Shown one piece after another: positions 1 to 8,231 of a stretch of 60,562 nucleotides of DNA. The notes beneath the pieces were generated by a model, which saw only the letters and a list, made by a program, of their open reading frames with translations, was not told where the DNA came from and did not search any database. The translations under genes were made by a program, and so were the position numbers. Location: positions 1 to 60,562 of IMG/VR virus record IMGVR_UViG_3300046167_000012; one strand, given 5' to 3'. The stretch comes from a virus. Lineage: Duplodnaviria; Caudoviricetes. Position 1 is the stretch's first letter. Every line of letters starts with the position of its first letter.

Positions 1-903
1 CATGTTACCAATCTGCTCACGAGTGTAGCCTTGTTGCTCAAGGAAGTTAGCATAATCTAAATCGAGCTGTGCCTGATCTCCAGCCTGTTCGGCTTGACCA
101 ACACCTTCAAGCAATTGTGTGTCTTGGATAGCTGTCTGACGCTCTAACTCACCTAGACGAGATAGCTCTGTACCCATCCCTGCACCGGCTCTAAGCGCCG
201 CAAGTCCTTGTCCTGCACCAAATTGACTAGCTGCTTCTTGTCCTGTCTGTACTCTTCCAAGTTCAGCGGCACGTCGCTGTTCTGCAGTCATTTGTGCGGC
301 TCTATCGGCACCGAACTGTTTAGCGGCGGCGTCAAACGCTCTCTGCGAGCCTTTAGCTTGTATATCTGCTAGCTGTCCTAATAGTTGTTCTTCCGCTATA
401 CCCTGCTGTACTGCTTGACGTGACCCTCCAAAAGCACCAGCTTGAACTGCCTTAGCATCTCGAGCGCCCTGTAAACGATTGAAGTCTGTGATAGCTGCTT
501 CTTTTTGTTGGTCTGTTACTAACTGTTGGTACGGAGACATGTACTGAGATACGTTGTCACCAGTAAACATAGCTGGATCAGAGTAGGCAAATTGTGAGTA
601 ATCACCACCAGTATAGTTACCAAGCTCAGTAGCACGATCCATTCCTGCAGTAGCGTAATCTTGTGCCGCCCCAAGTCCGGGTATTCCAGAACCTACGAGC
701 CCTTCGACCATCTCCCGAGACCTAGTTACATTCGGGTCGGTTGCCGCTAGGCGTTCCCCAGTGTAGGCTTCATACGGCTTATTAAACTCTGCCTCTGCTT
801 TGGCTATGTTGCGCTCAAAGTAAGGCTTCGCCCATTCCGGCAAATCCTGTTGAGAAGTTGTCGTCCCAGTAGTTTGATCGTATACTGTTTTACTGCCACA
901 CAT
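1..903 (-). CDS. Internal virion/DNA-ejection protein, N-terminal 301 codons (continues at 60562..60413; 350 aa total)
   Basis: Read by hand: ATG at 903 with GGAG upstream, MCGSKTVYDQTTGTTTSQQDLPEWAKPY...YMSPYQQ...GAFGGSRQ...LDYANFLEQQGYTREQIGNM. No stop before position 1. Q/A/G-rich, typical of podovirus ejection proteins. Confidence 0.75.
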   Translation of the reverse strand, partial: MCGSKTVYDQTTGTTTSQQDLPEWAKPYFERNIAKAEAEFNKPYEAYTGERLAATDPNVTRSREMVEGLVGSGIPGLGAAQDYATAGMDRATELGNYTGGDYSQFAYSDPAMFTGDNVSQYMSPYQQLVTDQQKEAAITDFNRLQGARDAKAVQAGAFGGSRQAVQQGIAEEQLLGQLADIQAKGSQRAFDAAAKQFGADRAAQMTAEQRRAAELGRVQTGQEAASQFGAGQGLAALRAGAGMGTELSRLGELERQTAIQDTQLLEGVGQAEQAGDQAQLDLDYANFLEQQGYTREQIGNM

Positions 904-914
904 AGGTTAGCTCC

Positions 915-2690
915 TTACGCTGTTCTAGCCGCAAGCTCGCGTATAACACGCGGCGCATTGTCTTCGGATTCGTTTATAGTGTCGAGAAACCCGCCACCGT
1001 ACATCTTTTCAAGTGCTTTTGCAGTTTTTGCACGTAGTACATATTCTCCATCTGCAAGTAACACATCTTCTTGTCCTTCAAGGGAAGCAGGTACTTTGTC
1101 ATCAACACCAGAACCATCGCCCGGCCCGTTGACTTCACCAGCTTCACCATTAGCGAAACGCTCTATTGTATCGTCTAGCTCGCCAGACTGTACTGCCTCA
1201 ACTAAGTTTTTAAGAGCTTCTTCACCGTAGGTAGCTAAGAATTTACCTAACGCAACGGATGCTTCCTCTTTAGACATATCACCTTTTACAGCTCTAACTG
1301 CGTCGACTATATCAGTCTTCTCATTACCACCTTCTTGTGGGATAGCTGCAATACCTTCTTGTGGGACTTGCTCAAGCTCACCGCCTTCGGCAAAACCTCT
1401 CATAAGGTTCTGTGGGAAAATCCTGTCGTAACCTTCTGCCATCCCTAATTGGCCGGGTCCTCCTTGGTGCATACCAAACATAGGTCCACGAGGATCATCT
1501 AAGTGCGGGCCGGGTCTAGGTTGTGGTGCTATCAGGTTCCCGAGTCCGCCGCCAGTAGGAAGAAGCCCACCTTGACCAAACGTCTGCCGTTCTTTCATGT
1601 TAACTTCTTCTAGGAAATTATCCTTCTTTTGCTCAAAGCCAGAATCGCCGTATTCACCCTCTAGGTAGTTACCGTACTGCTTTAAAGGCTCGCTATACGC
1701 AGGTCGTCGCATTTTAAATGCTGCATTTGCTGAAAGCATTTGACCCGGATACCCACCCATAGCCATGCCTGTAACTTGGCTTTGTTGGTACTCAAGCAAC
1801 TGTTGATAGCTCGGGTTAATTATAAACTTAGGAGACATCGGGTCGTTAGGGTCATAGTCAGGATTTGGAATCGGCTCAAATCCACCTTGTGCGGCTGCCG
1901 CACTCATATCAGACCCCGCTGGCCCCGCTGGACCTGTAACTGTAGGTGTAGTTACTGTTTGCCTAACTCTATCGTCGTTATTGTCAGAACCATCTGCCAT
2001 AGATCGCCCAGCTTCAACAGCTTTATTTTTTTGTTCGAGCATGTACTTTGATCGTTCTTCAGCACTGCTAAACTCCGGACCTGCAAAAAAGCCTCCGGGT
2101 TGGAACATACCTTTAAAACCACCATCGTTTGTTGTGCCGTAATGTACACCTTTAGTGTATGTGCTTGGGTCTGTAAAACCACCCGGGGTTACACCCGCAA
2201 TTCCTGTAGCGCCTTGTATAGCATTACCAAAGCGATCACTTACTGTACCACTACCAACATTTGTATTTACTGCAGAAACGTTTCTTCTATCCCTGTTACC
2301 GTCACCGCCACCGGAGAATAGCGTGTTTCGTACCATGTTTCCGCCTATACCAGCAGCTATACCGGGTAGTCCGCCAGTTAACCCACCAACAACAGCAGAC
2401 ATAACCAGACGATCATTGTACTTTTTAGTTTCGCTTTTAGGTACAAAGAACGACCCCGTATTGTCTTTATTGCGCACAAGAATATTTCTGTCCCGCTCTT
2501 CATTAGGGTTTGAAGATACAGGTGTATAAGTATTTCTGCCTCTATCCGCGGTTAATACCCCATCTCTATAGGAGAATCCGTCGTTTGGAGTGATAGCGTT
2601 GGCTAACTTTTCTCCGGCACTGTTGCCAGAGCCTTTTTTGTTGTCGTTATCTTTATTGTTTGATCCGCCTAAGTCACCGCCGCCACACAT
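915..2690 (-). CDS. Putative internal virion protein, Gly-rich, with C-terminal GPGDG..DDKVPA..LADGEYV domain
   Basis: 591-aa ORF starting MCGGG. Low-complexity body with FAEGG/MAMGG motifs. The C-terminal motif resembles the GPGTGTSDSIPAxLSxGEFV segment of phage tape-measure/ejection proteins. Confidence 0.6.
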   Translation of the reverse strand: MCGGGDLGGSNNKDNDNKKGSGNSAGEKLANAITPNDGFSYRDGVLTADRGRNTYTPVSSNPNEERDRNILVRNKDNTGSFFVPKSETKKYNDRLVMSAVVGGLTGGLPGIAAGIGGNMVRNTLFSGGGDGNRDRRNVSAVNTNVGSGTVSDRFGNAIQGATGIAGVTPGGFTDPSTYTKGVHYGTTNDGGFKGMFQPGGFFAGPEFSSAEERSKYMLEQKNKAVEAGRSMADGSDNNDDRVRQTVTTPTVTGPAGPAGSDMSAAAAQGGFEPIPNPDYDPNDPMSPKFIINPSYQQLLEYQQSQVTGMAMGGYPGQMLSANAAFKMRRPAYSEPLKQYGNYLEGEYGDSGFEQKKDNFLEEVNMKERQTFGQGGLLPTGGGLGNLIAPQPRPGPHLDDPRGPMFGMHQGGPGQLGMAEGYDRIFPQNLMRGFAEGGELEQVPQEGIAAIPQEGGNEKTDIVDAVRAVKGDMSKEEASVALGKFLATYGEEALKNLVEAVQSGELDDTIERFANGEAGEVNGPGDGSGVDDKVPASLEGQEDVLLADGEYVLRAKTAKALEKMYGGGFLDTINESEDNAPRVIRELAARTA

Positions 2691-2720
2691 GTAAAAACCC
2701 TTTTTCTTAAACTTGTTGTG

Positions 2721-3179
2721 TTATTCTACTACACGTTGCTTATAATTTCCACCCACAACATTATATCCTAACTTTTGTAACATTGCCCCAGTTTTACCGG
2801 CACTTAAACCAGTAGAAACACCCATGTATATCTCTGCAGCATTACGCTCTTTTGACCATCTTTCGAAGGCACGTAGCAACTGCAACCCAACGCGAGAGCC
2901 CCTGCTTTGTGGAGATACATACCACACTGTGTCGGATGCTATCAAGTCAGTACCGAAATAATGTTCACCTATAGACCCAAGAAGCATACTATTAACCACC
3001 CCATTAGCAGTTCCTACATACGCAAAACGTGTATCTGGGTTAGTCATAAAGTCATATAACAGTCGCCCACACTTGTTTGAGTCGTAATCAAAATGCTTAT
3101 ATACGCTTTCTTGGTGCATCTTATGTCCGAGTTCGATAGCTATAGGCACATCGTTTGGTTCCATAGGACGTATAGGCAT
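2721..3179 (-). CDS. GNAT-family acyltransferase
   Basis: IRPMEPND start; WYVSPQSRGSRVGLQLL (acyl-CoA-binding motif A); C-terminal LQKLGY. Confidence 0.85.
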   Translation of the reverse strand: MPIRPMEPNDVPIAIELGHKMHQESVYKHFDYDSNKCGRLLYDFMTNPDTRFAYVGTANGVVNSMLLGSIGEHYFGTDLIASDTVWYVSPQSRGSRVGLQLLRAFERWSKERNAAEIYMGVSTGLSAGKTGAMLQKLGYNVVGGNYKQRVVE

Positions 3180-3794
3180 CTAGCTTAACCACCCATATAT
3201 CTTATTAGTCTGCTCTATACGGTCGTCTAACCCATGGTACCCACCATTAACACGCTTAGTAATTTTCTTGATTACCTCTTCGGTTACACCTTCGTCGGCA
3301 ATGTCAAATAGTTTGTTCTTCTTAAAGAACCACAACGCTGTCTCAAACGCATAGTCTGTAGCAGCTAGATCGGGGTCAGTCATTACGTCAGGTAAACCCA
3401 TATCACTAGAAAAAGAACGGTAATTTGCCTTACCGGTTAATTGTAAAAATCCTCGGCCGATGAAGTCTTTAGCATCTTGCTCCGTAAGGTTACCAAGTGA
3501 TTTACGCAAATACACTTTACCTGCGATCTTGCTCGGCTGTCTTTCGTATTCTTTAGCTTCTTCCTCCGTAAACCTGCTAGGCCAAGTCCGCATAAGAGCT
3601 TCCCAACCGTAGTTTAAGTTTTCTCGACAGAGTCTAAAGCCCCCGCTCTCGTGAGCAGCTTGCCCCAGTAGGTGCGCCCCATGTTCAGGGGACAACTCGT
3701 AGTGAGATACAATAGCACGGGCTGTATTTGGCCCAAATCCTCCGTCGGGTGTAACCCCACATTTCTCTTGCAGTAGTTTTAAAGAGTCACTCAT
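3180..3794 (-). CDS. Endolysin, GH19 (chitinase-like) with N-terminal peptidoglycan-binding segment
   Basis: LQEKCGVTPDGGFGPNT; LGQAAHESGGF; ENLNY; GRGFLQLTGKANY; TKRVNGG. Confidence 0.9.
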   Translation of the reverse strand: MSDSLKLLQEKCGVTPDGGFGPNTARAIVSHYELSPEHGAHLLGQAAHESGGFRLCRENLNYGWEALMRTWPSRFTEEEAKEYERQPSKIAGKVYLRKSLGNLTEQDAKDFIGRGFLQLTGKANYRSFSSDMGLPDVMTDPDLAATDYAFETALWFFKKNKLFDIADEGVTEEVIKKITKRVNGGYHGLDDRIEQTNKIYGWLS

Positions 3795-4195
3795 TTTGTA
3801 ATTCCTTGCTTCTTTTCATAGCTGCGAAGTCCGCCCAATCCTAACATTCCCATCATCACAGTCATCAAGCTACCCATATCAAACTCTGGTAACGCAGGTA
3901 TGTCAACTCCAGCAGTAGTTACACCAAAGACTATAAGAGGTTGCAACACAAAATGGTAGGCAAAAGCAACGCCACATACCCAACCTATGAAGGGGCGCCA
4001 GCCGCCTTTAAATACAGAACCAGATGCAGCTTCAGCTTTGTTTATTTCTAATTGCCCCATTAAGGCTTGCTGGGCGTGCTGGTCGGACATCGTAGCGATC
4101 TCGTGGGCTAACTTGGCCTTTTGATCTTTGTCCTCAATAACTTTGTCTAGTAGCCCAGTAACAGGCCCTACCAAATTACTTACGAGACTCATCAT
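3791..4195 (-). CDS. Holin, GTA-type 3TM family
   Basis: EINKAEA...GWRPFIGWVCG...MLGLGGLRSYEK signature; hydrophobic helices; adjacent to the endolysin. Confidence 0.75.
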   Translation of the reverse strand: MMSLVSNLVGPVTGLLDKVIEDKDQKAKLAHEIATMSDQHAQQALMGQLEINKAEAASGSVFKGGWRPFIGWVCGVAFAYHFVLQPLIVFGVTTAGVDIPALPEFDMGSLMTVMMGMLGLGGLRSYEKKQGITK

Positions 4196-4515
4196 TAGTT
4201 ATTTTCCTTCCCTTTTGTGTAGGCTTCTTTACCATAAAATGCGGCAACTATAGCAGCTACAGAAACAAAATACACACCAGCGATAGAAGCTAGTGACTTC
4301 ATGGCTTCGTCGAGATTAGCCAAATTACAAATAATTATTGCAAAAGGGTACAACAACATGCCGAATAATGCAAACCATGCCATCTGTCTTTGAGCATCTC
4401 TTTGAGCATCCTCATCAGCCATTTTCAAACGCTTGTCTTCTAATGCTAATTTATCCCATTCGGCTTGGTCTATTGTACCGCTACCATCTAAATCGGCTTT
4501 GTCAAATTCTGTCAT
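4195..4515 (-). CDS. Two-TM membrane protein with N-terminal EF-hand-like loop (holin/antiholin-like)
   Basis: DLDGSGTIDQAE loop followed by two hydrophobic helices; coupled to the holin (TAATG). Confidence 0.6.
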   Translation of the reverse strand: MTEFDKADLDGSGTIDQAEWDKLALEDKRLKMADEDAQRDAQRQMAWFALFGMLLYPFAIIICNLANLDEAMKSLASIAGVYFVSVAAIVAAFYGKEAYTKGKENN

Positions 4516-4524
4516 AATAATCTC

Positions 4525-5034
4525 CTAATCTGCAAGGGGGTTGTCTAATGCCCGCTGTAGTTTGCCCATTAATTTATCTTCTAACTCTTTCATATCACCG
4601 CTTTGCGATACTCTAACACGTTCTCGTTGATTTTCGAAGCGGACTTCTGCGTTATCAATCATAGTACGAACCTTGTCTTCAGATTTACGCACCATATCCT
4701 CTATACGATCTGTTTGTTGTTCTATGCGTAGTATATCATCCTTCAAACCGTTTTTAATATCACGACTGTACTCTACAGATTCTTCTACCTTGTCGGCGAT
4801 ACCCGTGACTTTTGCATCCATTACATCCATTGCTTGTTGATACGCTCCAAGGTCTAGCCCCGCGACCTCTTCTATCTTTTGATACATTACGAACCCACCG
4901 TACAAACCACCTACAACTGTAGACAAGAAAGCAAATATGGCCATGATTGAACCAAAGGATAACTTCATGCCACCTGCCTTAAACTCGCGGTCTGCAAGTC
5001 CATCAATGTTATCGGCTATCTTGGTAGTATCCAT
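4525..5034 (-). CDS. Membrane-anchored coiled-coil protein
   Basis: One TM segment (IMAIFAFLSTVVGGLYGGFVMY) then a long charged heptad-like region. Confidence 0.6.
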   Translation of the reverse strand: MDTTKIADNIDGLADREFKAGGMKLSFGSIMAIFAFLSTVVGGLYGGFVMYQKIEEVAGLDLGAYQQAMDVMDAKVTGIADKVEESVEYSRDIKNGLKDDILRIEQQTDRIEDMVRKSEDKVRTMIDNAEVRFENQRERVRVSQSGDMKELEDKLMGKLQRALDNPLAD

Positions 5035-5432
5035 TAGTTTTCAAACTCCATCTCACCACCTGCATTTTGTAAATTCTTTAATGCTTCTAGCTCGTCGCGT
5101 AGCTTTTGTATCTCTAAACGGCGTTGCGCCAACTCTATCTGGTAAAGGTCGTCACAGTTAATCCGAGCCTTGGGTTTATCTAAGGGTATAACAATACGTG
5201 CGTATACGCCTATATCTTTACCACGACTATTGGTATCTAGGCCAGAAAGAACACCAGTTACGCCGTACTCTAAGTTTACACCACCACCTACAGCGTTACT
5301 ACACCGCGTACTACCTGTTGAAAACGAATCCGATTGGTAGTTCATTGGCGGGCTTGGTAAAGCAAGAGAAAGAGAGCTGTTGTCGGCCACAACAGAACTT
5401 GATAAAACACAAAAAGCTAACGCTAATCTCAT
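5034..5432 (-). CDS. Exported protein with Cys-flanked beta-hairpin and C-terminal coiled coil
   Basis: Start refined to ATG 5432 (ATGA overlap). Signal peptide MRLALAFCVLSSSVVA; alternating strands GVNLEYGVTG / DIGVYARIVIPL. Confidence 0.55.
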   Translation of the reverse strand: MRLALAFCVLSSSVVADNSSLSLALPSPPMNYQSDSFSTGSTRCSNAVGGGVNLEYGVTGVLSGLDTNSRGKDIGVYARIVIPLDKPKARINCDDLYQIELAQRRLEIQKLRDELEALKNLQNAGGEMEFEN

Positions 5433-5818
5433 GCAGGTTCTCCGTCTAGCCTTGAGCATATTATAGAAGAAACAAGTGTTCTAGATATATTAGTCTTCCT
5501 CACCTTTGAGGTTGTGCATAGAAAGACTGCTTCAGGTAAATCTCTCTTTCTTATATAGACATCAAAAGCTTTATGTTCTTTATAGTCAACTTTCATAATT
5601 CTATACGGCGTAGAAAAAGGTATAGGCATCCAATTTAGATCAAATAAATCGACCTGATAGTATCTTATTTCTTCCCTAGAGTTAAACAAAGACATCTCTA
5701 CTTTAACTACGTTTTTAACGTGGGACATTTTTACTTCTGGATAAGCAGGTGTCATTTCGTGCGCAGACGCACCAAAAGTAATTAGCGTACCTATTGCGAT
5801 GAACTTACTTAGCGACAC
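5429..5818 (-). CDS. Exported Ig-fold protein resembling a PapD-type pilus chaperone N-domain
   Basis: Start refined to GTG 5818. Signal peptide ending GASA; HEMTP...EMSLFNSREEIRYYQVDLFD...FSTPYRIMKV pattern. Confidence 0.45.
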   Translation of the reverse strand: MSLSKFIAIGTLITFGASAHEMTPAYPEVKMSHVKNVVKVEMSLFNSREEIRYYQVDLFDLNWMPIPFSTPYRIMKVDYKEHKAFDVYIRKRDLPEAVFLCTTSKVRKTNISRTLVSSIICSRLDGEPA

Positions 5819-6293
5819 AACTTGCCTGCACAACTGCGGTATAGTTTCCTCCGGGAAACGGTTTAGCTGAACCGTACACAGCACTAGAAGCTGTAGAGAA
5901 CCATGTTGATCCCGCGAGTGTAAGGTTAAATATCGAAGTGTTATCTACGACTACTTTAGCATCGTTATAAGCGGACATTCCTGACACAGACGTTTGCGTT
6001 ACACTTGTGCTTCCTGTCCACGCTAATGTGTCCGTTAATGTAGGAGAAGAACTAAACGACGTTGGATGCGTTATGTTAGCTGTGTAAGAATCCGCAATAG
6101 ATACATCGTATCTAATGACTGGCAGTACGCCACCATCTGAAGGAGTGGTGCTTAACTTACTAGCAATTGGGTTTCCGTACACACCTGCTTTAGTTGTTTG
6201 AATAACACATTTAGCTTCCACACTCCCCGTAATCTCGACGTTAGCTAGTGCTGGAAATGCGCACAAGGAAAGCGTTGCAATAAAATATTTCAT
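5805..6293 (-). CDS. Exported fimbrial/pilin-like subunit
   Basis: Start refined to ATG 6293 (GAGG upstream). Signal peptide ending PALA; N-terminal VEITGSVEAKCVI and C-terminal GGNYTAVVQASC resemble chaperone-usher pilin ends; S/T-rich. Confidence 0.55.
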   Translation of the reverse strand: MKYFIATLSLCAFPALANVEITGSVEAKCVIQTTKAGVYGNPIASKLSTTPSDGGVLPVIRYDVSIADSYTANITHPTSFSSSPTLTDTLAWTGSTSVTQTSVSGMSAYNDAKVVVDNTSIFNLTLAGSTWFSTASSAVYGSAKPFPGGNYTAVVQASCVAK

Positions 6294-6301
6294 AATAAAC
6301 C

Positions 6302-7171
6302 TCATCTATTGTACTGCATATCAACCATTTTCTCATGCAGTATTTGTTGTGCTAAGTTGTTACGCAAGGCTTTCTTGTTGTCGGCTATTTCCGAGTCAGC
6401 AAGACCGGGGGCGTCAGCATACACACCTCCCTTAATAGAAGCATTATAATACATAGCTATATTAGTCTGTTGGTTTATAGCCATAATAATATCATCTTGT
6501 CCTTGTGTCTTAAACAGAGTCAAAGCGTTGGCAGACGCCGTTAGACCCATCTCAATTCTAGTCTCTTCTTCTTCCTCTTCCTCAGAAAGAATTAGTTCGC
6601 CGTCTTCATCGTACTGAAACTCTTCTGCTTCTAACGTCTCAACAACAGCATCATCTTCAAGTGCATCATACACCTCTATAACAGGAAGAACAGGCATAGG
6701 CTTTACATACCCCGGGCAGTTTGGGTTGGACTGCGGTTCAAAGCACTCGTCGATCCTATAGTTATATATAACCACAGCATCTTTGACCGTACCTTCCCCT
6801 TCAATGTCAATCGAACCTGCGCCCCATTGGGTAGCTGGAATGTTAGCGAGGGGAAATGATTTAACGATGGTGTTACCGGGAACCCCCGACCAGTCATCGG
6901 TTTCTCGAAAGATATAGCCACCTCCGTTGGTGTTTTTATTACCAACGTGTACTTTCATGCCATCTTCAGGGTTCTTCACAGTAGTATATCTATACAGGAG
7001 ACCATTTATATCGACCCCCGGAACATCGGGTAAGACAGAACCCATTCCCCAACTCAGTGCTGTGGACGCCGCATTGCCTGTTGCCCCGTAGCTATAGGGA
7101 TCACATTGCGAGTAAGAAGGCCAGAGTAGCAATAATAACACCCAGACCTGTTTTTGTTTCAACGTTTTCAT
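6302..7171 (-). CDS. Exported protein: beta-rich N-domain, Cys/Pro linker, acidic stretch
   Basis: N-terminal hydrophobic signal; CFEPQSNPNCPGY; poly-Glu; helical C-terminus. Confidence 0.55.
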   Translation of the reverse strand: MKTLKQKQVWVLLLLLWPSYSQCDPYSYGATGNAASTALSWGMGSVLPDVPGVDINGLLYRYTTVKNPEDGMKVHVGNKNTNGGGYIFRETDDWSGVPGNTIVKSFPLANIPATQWGAGSIDIEGEGTVKDAVVIYNYRIDECFEPQSNPNCPGYVKPMPVLPVIEVYDALEDDAVVETLEAEEFQYDEDGELILSEEEEEEETRIEMGLTASANALTLFKTQGQDDIIMAINQQTNIAMYYNASIKGGVYADAPGLADSEIADNKKALRNNLAQQILHEKMVDMQYNR

Positions 7172-7667
7172 TGAACATCTTTCTCATAGGATTGTTCTGA
7201 TCTCTTTGTATTTCTTCCTTAACCGCTTCCATCTCCCATGCAAGCCTAGCTTTGTCTCCCACCAACCCATCCTTGGGACAGGGCGTCCCCGCGTTGAGCA
7301 TGGCTTCAAACACGCGAGAATCCTGACACATTACAGATACCGCTGCAACTTTCATCCCCATATCATACATGGTTTTGGCGTTCTTTAGTTTCTCACAGTT
7401 CATATCTCGTACAGTTCTACCTGCGGATATACCAAGTATCTGTGTCTGCACCGCCCCCGCGACACCTACAGTACATAGGTCAGAGTTGCTTGCGCTAATC
7501 TGCGGAGAAATCGCAGAAGGCGGCGGACTGTTGATGGTAGTGTCCATCGAACCATTAGAAGTTATTGTGCTATTCGTATCAGTTTTAATTACATCCTCGG
7601 CGAAGACAGAGTTACCTATAGCAAGACCTGCAATAAAGAAGAGCACTGCTATAAATAAACGTATCAT
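7101..7667 (-). CDS. Exported Cys-containing protein with C-terminal TM anchor
   Basis: Signal peptide ending SVFA; PPPSAISP...DLCTVGVAGAVQTQILGISAG...NCE; hydrophobic C-terminus. Confidence 0.6.
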   Translation of the reverse strand: MIRLFIAVLFFIAGLAIGNSVFAEDVIKTDTNSTITSNGSMDTTINSPPPSAISPQISASNSDLCTVGVAGAVQTQILGISAGRTVRDMNCEKLKNAKTMYDMGMKVAAVSVMCQDSRVFEAMLNAGTPCPKDGLVGDKARLAWEMEAVKEEIQRDQNNPMRKMFNENVETKTGLGVIIATLAFLLAM

Positions 7668-7900
7668 TTTCTTTCCACCAGTCTGTCTAGCTTTTCTTCT
7701 ATCTTGTCAAACTTACTCATTATTTGGCCAAGCACTTGATTAGAGTCGTACTTAGTGACGTACTCTTTAGCTAATTCTTCTCGAGTTCTGTTAAGTAGAA
7801 TAGTTACCCGCTTGACTTCTTCATGGTGAGACTTAATCCACCACACTAAAAAACCGCCGCCAGCGGTTAAGCCAATATTCCAAATTGCAGACATCTCCAC
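7664..7900 (-). CDS. Small single-TM coiled-coil protein (holin/hemolysin-XhlA-like)
   Basis: N-terminal TM then FDKIEEKLDRL coil; coupled to its neighbours. Confidence 0.5.
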   Translation of the reverse strand: MEMSAIWNIGLTAGGGFLVWWIKSHHEEVKRVTILLNRTREELAKEYVTKYDSNQVLGQIMSKFDKIEEKLDRLVERK

Positions 7901-7983
7901 TAGAACACACCCCCACCAGCAGGTTTCGGCGCAGTGATCGGCACAGATATATCTTTACGTTCAGGTGTTGTTTTATCAGTCAT
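7900..7983 (-). CDS. 27-aa micro-ORF (MTDKTTPERKDISVPITAPKPAGGGVF)
   Basis: Read by hand. ATGA overlap with the upstream stop and TAGTG overlap with the downstream start; exactly fills the gap. Confidence 0.5.
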   Translation of the reverse strand: MTDKTTPERKDISVPITAPKPAGGGVF

Positions 7984-8231
7984 ACTACTATCCTTAGTTC
8001 TCCAGTTGCGGTCTTATATACATCATTAACCGCAAGACCACCAGACACGGCGGCCGCATTGTTTGCGTAGACGGAAAGTCCAGTTAAATTTAAAGTATCA
8101 GCTCTAACAGGGCCGGGGTTTTGCTGTTGTTGAGCATATAAAGCAAACGCTCTTGTAACCTGTGATATGTACTCTTGGCTATACTCGGGGGGAGCGGCGG
8201 CGAAGAACGGGATTGGTGTTTGTTGAGCCAT
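7980..8231 (-). CDS. Small virion tail-associated protein
   Basis: Start refined to 8231 (TAATG overlap). APPEYSQEY motif; directly after the nozzle gene. Confidence 0.5.
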   Translation of the reverse strand: MAQQTPIPFFAAAPPEYSQEYISQVTRAFALYAQQQQNPGPVRADTLNLTGLSVYANNAAAVSGGLAVNDVYKTATGELRIVV

